The notes under the pieces: generated by a model
The model's database searches: none
Told to the model about the DNA's origin: nothing
What the model saw: only the letters and a program-made list of their open reading frames with translations
Made by a program: the position numbers and the translations under genes
In this document: positions 10,972 to 20,000 of the stretch, in pieces
How the letters are laid out: each line of letters begins with the position of its first letter
Position numbering within the stretch: the first letter of the stretch is position 1
From: Chiloscyllium plagiosum
Lineage: Eukaryota
Length of the DNA: 20,000 bases
NCBI RefSeq assembly: GCF_004010195.1
Contig: NC_057718.1
Span: forward strand, 37,664,236-37,684,235
Direction of reading: 5' to 3'

Positions 10972-11177
10972 AGAAAGTGAGGACTGCAGATGCTGGAGAT
11001 CAGAGCTGAAAATGTGTTGCTGGAAAAGCGCAGCAGGTCAGGCAGCATCCAAGGAGCAGGAGAATCGACGTTTCGGGCAAACATTCCTGAAGAAGGGCTC
11101 CTGCCCGAAACGTCGATTCTCCTGCTCCTTGGATGCTACCTGACCTGCTGCGCTTTTCCAGCAACACATTTTCAGCT
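10972..11177. mobile_element. PLE-like fold-back element, copy 4, with a 16-bp TSD (1 mismatch)
   Basis: About 77-bp inverted arms at 11003-11079 and 11102-11178; ctaactttttcagagg (10956-10971) / ctaaccttttcagagg (11178-11193). Confidence 0.9.
11083..11118 (+). ncRNA. Putative minimal type I hammerhead ribozyme motif
   Basis: attc-CTGAAGA(11087-11093)-a-gggc-tcct-gccc-GAAAC-GTC(11112-11114)-gatt: conserved core, 4-bp stem II, palindromic ACGT in place of stem III, only 2-3 bp of stem I. Confidence 0.6.
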
Positions 11178-12313
11178 CTAACCTTTTCAGAGGTCAGTTC
11201 AGAGCCAACAATGTTGCTATGGGTCTGCGGTCACTTGCAGGCCACATCATGCAAGAATTAGTGAAAAAATTGTTTATAACACTTTATGATAGTCATTATA
11301 GTTAGATCTTTACAGAGAGTGGCTTTCAATTTCAGATCTATTAATTGAATTTAAATTCCACCAGCTGCCGTGGTAGCATTTAAACCCACACTCCCAGACC
11401 ATTAGCCTGGGTATCTGGGTAACTTGTCCAGTGACGTTATCACTATGCCACAGTCTTCCCCTAGCCAAAGGCATGGGAAGGGATTGGAGGCATGTTAGTG
11501 ACTAAGCCAAAATGGCAAGAATGCAGACTAATTAATGGGAAATTGACAGAACAATAGAAGGTGCCGACCATACACTAATGACAATGGGCAATATACTTTT
11601 TTATCTACTGAGGCTAAAACAGTCCTAGAGAATACGTACTCTAGTAGGATCCATAAGGTAATGGCAAGTGAAGGATCTGGGGGTATATCCATGTGTCAAG
11701 TCAGCCCTGAGCAGAGATTGAAAAGGAAGGACTGTTAGGGAATAAAAGGGGAAGGTATTATTATATTATACATATTTGCTATGTGAAGAACAGAATTCCC
11801 CAGAACATTAAACAAAACTGTTACGTGAGATGGCCAATGAGTTGTGAAATTGTGAAGCTATGTTTTGGGAGAACAATAATTTGGGTATTATGAATATGTG
11901 CTTCTGAAGACTTTGTATAGATCGGAGAGGTTCTCAGGTAACTAAGATCTGCTCCCTTTCATATGCCAAACAAAAATTGTTGCTTTCTTGAATCTCACAG
12001 ACTCAACATTGATCATTTCACCTCAACAACAACGTTCAACAAAACACTATTCATTACATTCTATAGGTTCATACTAACAATTCAATTGTTACTATTTAGT
12101 AATGATGGTCAATAACTTAAAATGTTCCCCACCTGTGGATTCATTTTAATTATTCTAATTTAGCATGTGAAATAGGCAAATGAATGATTTTGTCATTACA
12201 ACATTTGTAGATGTTTCTCCTCCCTTTTTCCATGCAAAGATGTAAAGATAACTCCTTTACAAAGACTTAAAACAGGCATAAATAAAACAAGCACCTCATT
12301 GTGTTTTCCTTAC

Positions 12314-12327
12314 CCTCCAAAGTGCCC
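12314..12327 (-). other. Candidate 14-nt microexon
   Basis: tgtgtttatcccatgtgtatag|GGGCACTTTGGAGG|gtaagg; TGCATG on the minus strand at 12231-12236, about 80 nt downstream. Confidence 0.4.
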
Positions 12328-13620
12328 CTATACACATGGGATAAACACAATTGAAATGAATTTTTTGCATTGGCATCATTTCATAAAATGTACTCAACCC
12401 AGAGACAATAAAATTATAGAACTTGAAATATTCCTAGATTTTTGAATTCCACTATGTCCATTTTTTCTGCCATTGATTCTACTTATTCAATTTGTTCGCT
12501 AAAATTGGAAATTGTGGTACCCACTGCCTACTCTGTGGACAAATTCAGCAGTGCAAACCATCATGTCAATATTTCTCTTTTGCTTAACCAATTCAAATAC
12601 CCATTATTAGCAGCCTTCAAGGACTATAGTTATATTATGGTATGAATTGATGTAATTGCCATTTTCAGCATTTCAGCATGAACCGATGTAAATTATGCGA
12701 TTATGATATGATATGTTTGAGAGCTGAAGGAAAACTTTGAAAATACCACGTCAAAACCTCAAACAGCATAAAAAAGGTCAAACCTTATAATCTAGCAATT
12801 TTTAAACAGGATTTGGAGGTGCTGGAAAAACAGTATCATTTTACAGCTTAGAAATGCAAGAAAATCTGAACAATGTGTAAGTGTGACTGCTTTTTCCAAT
12901 AAGTTAACCATCAGTTTTTTAGTCAAGTGCAGTCATCATCTGATAATTGAATGACAGTGGCGCCTCTAATAAAATCTGTCTGAACTTCAGTAATAATAAG
13001 GTTTTCCTAATCCTGACAACTAACCCGCGTCTCTATAGCAATACTTTCATTGAAAAAGCTGATTGTACTGTGAAGGAAGGAGGAAACATTTTGCTCGGTT
13101 TCAATGCTGTTTTTGCAGCTGGAATTAAGTACTGTCACTTTTATCTCCCTAGCATTTGTTTTTCTTAAGTTTGCCTATATTGACTCCATGGTGAGACAGG
13201 CAGGAGGGTGAGTGCTAGAGAACTTTCTCTGTACAATCCTCAACCTATTTTATTCCTGGACTGTTATTGTGCTGGAAATATGAACAGCGGAATGACCCAC
13301 TGAGAAATATAGCACAAAGCACAAAATGTGCATTCTCCCTTCCAATTTGAATTCATATTGGACTCATTGGCCTTCACCAAAGAACCTCAAGTCAAATTAG
13401 GAATGCCACATGTAATTCTGAAATATTTCTTTGAGTGCAGACTAATCACAGTAGTCAGTCAGTCTAAATAATATTTTCAGAACCCAGAGTGACTTTCAAC
13501 TTACATTTCCAACAGCATTCAATGTCTTTGCTGTTAATATAAAGAAACTTTAGGAATGCTGTTATTAAGCTGTATTCAATAATAATCAACATAAAAAAAG
13601 GACCACATAAAGTAGAAGCG

Positions 13621-13698
13621 TTAATCAGAGCAATCTAATGAAAGACACATGCTGGCATCATCTGTATCTTTAAGATCCGTTAGAAATCTGTTTGGTAT
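13621..13698 (-). other. Candidate terminal exon start (acceptor followed by an early stop)
   Basis: tattatggttttctaacag|ATACCAAACAGATTTC...; phase 0 IPNRFLTDLKDTDDASMCLSLDCSD*, phase 1 xTKQISNGS*, phase 2 xYQTDF*. Confidence 0.3.
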
Positions 13699-14864
13699 CT
13701 GTTAGAAAACCATAATATTACTGCAGTTCAAGCAGATTTGAATCGAGGTGGCACTGTCTTTTGATTATTAAGTAAAAGTTGTTTGAAATAGCTGTAATAA
13801 TGTTTGCATAGCTTTTGTTTTACATGTATACTGCCCTACGTGTTGTCTGCCATGCACTGCAGTCATGAGCCTTCGGGTGAGCCTTATCGTTCAGTGGCCA
13901 CCCTCTGATTTATTATGGTGGCTCAAATACAGATGGTACAGCACAGGGTTAAAAGACTAAGGCAGCTGCTGGGGTACAGGGGCAGTGACCTGGATGAAAT
14001 GCTGAGCGTTCTCACAGATCAGCTGAATTTTGAGGGAGTGAATTTTCTGTGGCTGCAGTACATCTTAAACTATGTATGTGGCTTTCACAAAATGGCATGT
14101 GTGCAGTCATTTGAACCCTACATCAAGAGGAAAGTCTACAATCCACATGAAGCTGCAAGCTCACTCTGATCTGCATCTCTCTGGCTGTCTAGAACTTCCC
14201 AGATGTAAAAGTAAATTGGCAGCATTTGCACACACTGCCTTCCCCCGGTCTAGAAGGTGGAAGATGCATAAAAGGTCATCTGCATAGTTATTGTCAATGC
14301 CTTTTTTGTCCTCCTCTGCGTTTCAGTTCAAGTATCAGATTTCAGTGAGAATCTCCTTAGCGAAGTAGAGACATTTAACACACTATTCTTTGTTGAGGTT
14401 GATGTAAAATTGTTCCCTAAACACCCTAAGTAGATATGGTCCCATGTTGAGAGCCTTTCTCCCCTCCTGTATTCCCCTCTTTCAGCAGCTTGTCCTGCTC
14501 TGTATCACCTCTTCTAATTTTCCCTGAGATGCATTAGACCAATTGGAATGAAAACTACTCCAACCTACATGTGGAAACATGTGGTCTGTGTGGAAGACTT
14601 GTTATCAAGACCAAGTCCTTCAGCATGTGTGAAACCCTTATATACTTCAACAACTTTATACAATGCTGGAAACTATAAAACACTTCTGCAATTGCGAAAG
14701 GAGGTGATAGAAATCAATCAGTAGCTCTCCTGAAAATAATTGGTGATTAAATAATGTTGATGGAAGGAGCTAGCTGCTGAGATTTTGTTTGCTGCTAAAT
14801 ATGTATTCAGTTGTACAAGGCTAAGAGAGGATGTTAGCTAAATTGTTCGGGGGTGGGTTTAAGA

Positions 14865-14965
14865 TGTAGTGTTAGTATCCCTATCTTGAGCCACAAGACC
14901 TGGGTTAAAGTCCCTCCTGTTCCAAACGTGTGTTAAAATAACATGGAACAGATAAATTGAAAATG
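14865..14965 (+). mobile_element. Short tRNA-like SINE (diverged)
   Basis: gtagtgttagtatccctatc...ctgggttaaagtccc...gaacagataaattgaaaat; similar to 15961-16065. Confidence 0.5.
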
Positions 14966-15102
14966 GGCCTCAGTAGTTCAAATATGAAAAATGAGCTTGA
15001 GAGTTCATGTCAAATCAGCAAGCTATGCAGAGAACCTGATTGTTCTACTTAGCAAACTCCTGGTGGTAACTCCCTGACTATGCACTAACCTTGGATTGCA
15101 TC

Positions 15103-15345
15103 AGATTTATGGTACAGAAACAAGCCAATTGGTCGTGCCAGTCTATGTCCATGTTTATGCTCACTCCAAGCATTCTCCCAACTTTCCTTATCTAAAGCTA
15201 CTATTGTAACCCTCGATTTCATCCTCTTTCAAATGTTTATCTGGCTTCCCCTTAAATGCATCCATACCATCCATTTCACCCTGGCTGGCCAGTTCCACAT
15301 CCTCACCACTCCTTGAGTAAACAAGTTTCTTCTGCATTCCTGACT
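15103..15345 (-). mobile_element. Old CR1 3' fragment
   Basis: Minus-strand translation RRNLFTQGVVRMWN is the CR1 ORF2 C-terminal motif; reverse-complement tail near 15103-15150. Confidence 0.7.
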
Positions 15346-15960
15346 ATCTTCCATCGATAACCACCTAGCTGTGGCCTTCCCCACAATTCCTCTTGTCGGG
15401 AATAAGAAAGAATAAGAAAAGACCATTAGGTGCAAAAAGCCCATGTCTTTTTGATATGTCACTTCAATTAGTCATCTTCTTCCCAAATGCTTTAATATCT
15501 TTGTCTTCTAAAATGTACACCTAATTGTTTCTAGACTCGATTTATAATTTAAGCTTCAAACACCCTCCCTGGGAATTTTTTTATAGGCCAATTGCCCTTT
15601 GGGGAAAATTTATATGTGGCTTTTCCTTTTCCCCAAGCTTCTCATTTTTATGCTGAATCCCATGGCATTTCAACTTTTCACCATTATAAAGAAATTCATG
15701 GATTATCTTTGGAAATTCTCCTCCTAACCATGAAACTTTAAGGTGTATATTCTTCAGTTTTTTACCAAACAATAAAGCAGGTGACAGTATTGAGTAGCCT
15801 GCTTTATTCAGACCTGAATTTATTTTCCCACTGACTCCAATACACGAGTTAATGGTTACATTTTACAGGCTTACAAAATAAGGTCGTTCTAAACCTTAAA
15901 CCATATTAAAACAAGTTTCTGATTTTTAACTTGCACTGCATCTAAACTTTTGGGGACCTC

Positions 15961-16065
15961 TGGTGGCACTTGATAGTGTCTCTATCCCTGGACTGGGAGG
16001 TCCAGGTTCAAGTCCCTCATGCTCCAGCAGTGTGTGATAACATGTCTGAACAGGTTGATTAGCAA
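15961..16065 (+). mobile_element. Short tRNA-like SINE
   Basis: B-box-like ggttcaagtccc at about 16005-16016; ends ctgaacaggttgattag; similar to 14865-14965. Confidence 0.55.
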
Positions 16066-16249
16066 AACCAGGTTAATTTTTTTAAAAATTAGTTTAACTT
16101 TGGGGAGCAAAGCACAAATTCCACTCTGCAGTGTCTCCAGAGAAATCTACAAGATACATATTGTCATTGAAAAACACGACAGATTGAGCTGGAGGTTAGA
16201 ATTGTGCACTTCCCCCTATACAGATTTGGTGAGGGAGTGTTAATCAGTT

Positions 16250-17290
16250 AAGTGGATGGACACCCTACCAATGTTCTGTCTTTTAAATCAATTTGTGGTA
16301 GTTTGGCTTGTGAATGGCTGTCTTGCCAGTTCAGGCCCTTAAGTTGGCAGTCAATGCCCACTTTGTAACCTGAAACCATGAGCACTGAGTTGCTGCTGGG
16401 AAGGGACCCTCATTCCAACGCCACCCAGTGCCTGATGGGTTGGGGTTTGGGTTGGGGTTAAGGTTAGGTTTAGGGCCTGAGGTCAGTAAAGGGGGGGTGG
16501 CCTGTTGGAAGTCACAACAAAGCCCTTGCTGCCAATCTCTCTCCTTCCTCATCCCTTACAACCCTTACCACACTACTGCCCCCTTGGTGGTGCTGTTGAT
16601 CCCAGAAAAGCTGCAGCCATGTTTTGGGGATTTCCACACCCTCACAACCCTTAATCCCTGTGGCAGGTCCTGTAATGCTCCTGAGAGGCTCCTAATTTAA
16701 CAATCTTTCCCTAAAAGAGGTGACAAGGGGCTCCTACCAACTCTGTAGTTGGTGAATAAGGCCTTCTTTGCCTCTACTACACCCAAATCCAATTGTGCTC
16801 CTGAACACCTTCCCAACCAGTTGTTAATTGATCCTCTTAAGTGGGCAGTTAAAAAGTGGCCTCACTCCACCACCACTGCAATTAACCCAGCGGTGGGCAG
16901 GATGGGGGCTTGATATGGGGAAGCATGGTGTGCTAACCCTGTATCACTCTTCATTCCAGAACTCAGCTCCTCATTCCAAGGCTCTAACTGAGAGACATAG
17001 CCTTGGTGAGTAGGAGACTTGCTATGAGCCACCCAGTGCCCTTATCGCTGACCATTCTCACTCCAGCGACCCATACTCCTCAATCCAATCCCCCCAAATC
17101 CCACCTCCACCATCACGCAGGTCCTATGATTCACCCTCTTTCCAATCCTTTCATTCAAGCTGTCAGTCTCTGATTTGACTACAACATTCAGCAGTCAGAT
17201 TCTCTTTCCCAATGTGGTGGGCCAGCCCAAAATGAGAGAACGCAGGGTTTTTGACAGACATTTGAGACCCATGTTGAAGATTCCACCCTC
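16250..17290. mobile_element. Old degenerate DNA-transposon-like (possibly Harbinger-derived) repeat
   Basis: GC-richer block with recurring ggcccttaagttggc / cctcttaagtgggc motifs and a TIR-like end aagattccaccc at about 17277-17288; family assignment from memory only. Confidence 0.3.
16437..16475 (+). repeat. Degenerate telomere-like hexamer repeat (GGGTTR-like)
   Basis: gggttggggtttgggttggggttaaggttaggtttaggg. Confidence 0.75.
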
Positions 17291-17321
17291 TGCCTTTTTT
17301 ATTAATCAGATAAATTAGAGG

Positions 17322-17554
17322 GAAAGTCGCTGTAGTCCTAGATGACCACAGTCTGCTCTCTTATTAGAGCGAGAGAGAGAGAGAGAGATGGCTGGCTGTG
17401 GCTTAACCTGAGGGTCACCATGCCCCAGGGGAGAGAAGAGGTTGAGAAGGAGAATCCTTCATGGTAACCTCAGCCATGGCAGAAATTAAATTTGTGCTGT
17501 TGGCATCACTCTGCAATTCAAAACAAGTTATCCAGCCAACCGAGCTAACTGATC
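17322..17554 (-). mobile_element. tRNA-derived SINE with an internal (GA)9 microsatellite
   Basis: Minus-strand head gttagctcggttggctggata (A-box-like); (GA)n at 17371-17388. Confidence 0.7.
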
Positions 17555-17767
17555 GCATCAATCAGGTAGGAATTTAGAACTATAGAAATGTAGGCAAGGT
17601 CGAAATCTTTGTGCCCTAAGACATGGGACTACAATGAACAGTGGAATTAAATAAAGCAGGAAGAAGTAGTGACTATGTACCCCAGTAAATAACTTCTACA
17701 ACGCAATTTGGCACAGAAGTCAGACAGTAACATGTTACAGACATATACATCTTCATCAGGGAGTTAC

Positions 17768-17800
17768 TTAATCTCTCCTGTGTCTGCGTTGTCAGAACCA
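17768..17800 (-). other. Candidate 33-nt frame-preserving exon (weak)
   Basis: attaatatgtcag|TGGTTCTGAC...GAGATTAA|gtaact; weak pyrimidine tract; phase 2 xGSDNADTGEI, phase 1 xVLTTQTQERL. Confidence 0.2.
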
Positions 17801-18443
17801 CTGACATATTAATAATCCACAACACTGTTGAGAATGTGGTCATGTTAAAATGCACAGACTATAATAAAATATATTTTCGAAAATTCAGATAAAGGGGAAA
17901 TCTATCAAAGGGCCTTTATACAGTAGTCTTTAATATAAAGCTATATTGTGTTTCTTCACCATGAAAGAACAGCAACCCTTTAATGTCCGTTGAAGTATCA
18001 CATTGAAAAATATACAGCTTTATTTTTAAATTAAAGTCCAATTTTCATTGTTACCCATCATGGACAGTCCAACATATCCAAGTAAAAAATTGTGGGCTAA
18101 GCATCCTTCCCGTTAACAATTTAGCAGTGGGTTGAGATTTCACTTAGCCATTTGAGCCTAACATTAACCAGCTCAAAGATGGGCCTCATTACTGATGTGA
18201 CAAAATTGTTGCCTATAGGTTCAATATATCCAAAGTGGAAGGACATTCAATGATACTGCATTATTTAAAACTCAGCATTTTTTAAAAGGTCAAATATGCG
18301 GTTCACAAGATGCAGGGGAACAATACAAAATAATTGATTGGACTGGTAATATAACACTGTAGCAATGGGCCTCTTGGCTTGCCGTAATGTTACAGCCTCT
18401 AGCATTTTACAAGCCATCCAGTAAAGACTCAATGCAAGCACGA

Positions 18444-18520
18444 CTATTGTCCTTTGAGCTCATAACATGATGTCAGAATCGAGCTGAGGTTGAGTGTTGA
18501 AGGACTGTATAGAAGCACAG
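18444..18520 (-). other. Candidate terminal exon start (strong acceptor followed by an early stop)
   Basis: ccctacgtttttctttttgtag|CTGTGCTTCTATACAG...; phase 2 xCASIQSFNTQPQLDSDIML*, phase 1 xVLLYSPSTLNLSSILTSCYELKGQ*, phase 0 LCFYTVLQHSTSARF*. Confidence 0.35.
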
Positions 18521-19119
18521 CTACAAAAAGAAAAACGTAGGGATGTTCAAAACTGCTTAAAAAACCATTGAGAAGGAACAAGGAAGTAGGCCACAGTAGA
18601 AAGTGCTGTGTAAGACAAAACAGCTGCAAGTTTTTCTTTCACAGCACTGGTTGAAATGAAAAGCAATTTTAAGACCTGATCATTTTTCCACTCAGAATGG
18701 CAAAATTAGGAAATTGTGACAGATTTAATTAAAAACAAGGGCACCTTCTTGTAGCTATACATTTATCACCATTCAGACGAAACTATTGCAAAGTGCATCA
18801 CATCCTAATTCTTTCTGAAGGACAAAAAAAAGACAGTATAGGTAAAACATTGAAGACACACACACATGTTGAACCCTAATTTAGTGTACCCTTAGAAACT
18901 GCGTTTACAGAGTTTGCTGAATCTTGCTTTCAACAACAGCCTGCATATTTGTTCCTTTTCAGTGGCTATTCCAGCAACTCTAAACATTCCTGTGTTTTCC
19001 TTTCTGTGACTGTGCTTCTACATAGCTCTTCAATAATGCCCCTGTCAGCTGCTTGAGACAGTATCCCAGTAGTAGAGCTGGGGCAAGCATTATATTTGGG
19101 ACATTTATGGGATTGTGTT

Positions 19120-19225
19120 GCTGAAAATGTGTTGCTGGAAAAGCGCAGCAGATCAGGCAGCATCCAAGGAGCAGGAGAATCGACGTTTCGGGCATGAGCC
19201 CTTCTTCAGGAATGAGGAAAGTGTG
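19120..19225 (-). mobile_element. PLE-like terminal-repeat element, copy 5 (single arm), with an intact hammerhead core
   Basis: Near-identical to the arms of copy 4; minus strand cattcCTGAAGAagggctcatgcccGAAACGTCgatt (core at 19182-19209). Confidence 0.85.
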
Positions 19226-19367
19226 CTTATCATATTTTAGGAATACATATTGTGGATTATAAAAGTTTTATAGTTTGGGTTTATAACTTTCAATTTAAGG
19301 TTAAAGAAAGGGTGAATGTAACACAAGCTGGAGACTATGCCATTCAATTAATAAATATCAAAGGTTT

Positions 19368-19465
19368 TTGATTTGATTTATTGTTGTCACATGTACCGAA
19401 GGACAGTGAAAAGTTTAGTTTTGTATGCAGGACAGGCAGATCATAACATGCAAGGACATACAGAT
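19368..19465 (-). mobile_element. Non-LTR retrotransposon 3' end (Rex1/Babar-like)
   Basis: ttgatttgatttattgttgtcacatgtaccgaaggacagtgaaaag: reverse complement of ...ttttcactgt...cggtacatgtgacaacaataaa(tcaaa)n; family assignment from memory. Confidence 0.45.
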
Positions 19466-19664
19466 CAGAGGGTGATTGAACACAGCAAGGCATGTGAAGA
19501 ATGATTGTAAGAAATGTGAGAATAAGATCTGCTGTAGAGAGCTTGCAAAGAGTCTCCCTGTGTCAGCACCATTTTGATTGAAAAGTGACACTAAGATTGT
19601 TTTATTGAGAGGGAGGTGGTAGGTATTTACACTTGGGGACATGAACAGATTTTTCTCAATCTGC

Positions 19665-19801
19665 AATGAGGTTGTCTTAAACTTCCTCAGATGCAGACAG
19701 ACTGGAAAATGGGAAGCATTCAGAAATGAGATAAATGAGGTTGTTTAAACTTCCTCAGATGCAGACAGACTGGAAAATGGGAAGCATTCAGAAATGAGAT
19801 A
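19665..19801 (+). repeat. Tandem duplication, 69 bp + 68 bp
   Basis: 19665-19733 and 19734-19801 are identical apart from a 1-bp indel. Confidence 0.95.
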
Positions 19802-20000
19802 ATAAGAATCCAGAGAAAGTATATTCCTGTCAGGGTGCAAGGGAAGGCTGGTAGGTATAGGGAATGCTGTATGACCAAAGAAATTGAGGGTTTGGTTAAA
19901 AAAAAGAAGGAAGCATATGTCAGGTATAGACAGGATAGATCGAGTGAATCGTTAGAAGAGTATAAAGGCAGTAGGAGTATACTTAAGAGGGAAATCAGGA
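19770..20000 (+). mobile_element. CR1 LINE ORF2 fragment (endonuclease-RT linker), running off the window
   Basis: Translates GKWEAFRNEIIRIQRKYIPVRVQGKAGRYRECCMTKEIEGLVKKKKEAYVRYRQDRSSESLEEYKGSRSILKREIR, typical of the CR1 ORF2 tether region. Confidence 0.85.

Larger units (their letters stand above)
10880..11460 (-). mobile_element. tRNA-derived SINE (same family as 7206-7561), split by fold-back copy 4
   Basis: Reverse complement of the head (gtccagtgacgttatcactatgccac) at about 11426-11451; body and tail continue across the insertion. Confidence 0.75.

Noticed and set aside
13915..14287. Possible Harbinger transposase remnant or coding exon
   Set aside because: Only vague similarity; no catalytic motif or convincing splice sites
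9488..19195. Recurring small Cys/Leu-rich ORFs (PETSILLLLGCCLTCC...) at 9488, 10990 and 18980 as a peptide family
   Set aside because: They are translations of the same non-coding repeat, with inconsistent starts and stops among copies
1..20000. CRISPR arrays, operons or prokaryotic defence systems
   Set aside because: The sequence is vertebrate repeat-rich DNA with no regularly spaced repeat-spacer array or gene-dense region

Overview
Eukaryotic, AT-rich, repeat-dense genomic DNA, most likely from a cartilaginous fish (shark). The basis is an HE1-type V-SINE, several CR1/HER1-type LINE fragments and other tRNA-derived SINEs, all recognised by eye without a database search. No long intact protein-coding ORF is present; most listed ORFs are repeat translations or chance. 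Two things stand out. (1) Five copies of a ~100-210 bp element resembling Penelope-like element (PLE) terminal repeats carry a minimal hammerhead-ribozyme core (CTGANGA-stem II-GAAAC-GTC). Three copies are fold-back hairpins, and four have 13-16 bp target-site duplications (TSDs). (2) A run of short minus-strand segments has canonical splice signals (14, 21, 33, 45, 52 and 79 nt, plus three acceptor-then-stop segments). This suggests the window is intronic to an unidentified minus-strand gene with microexons or alternative C-terminal exons.
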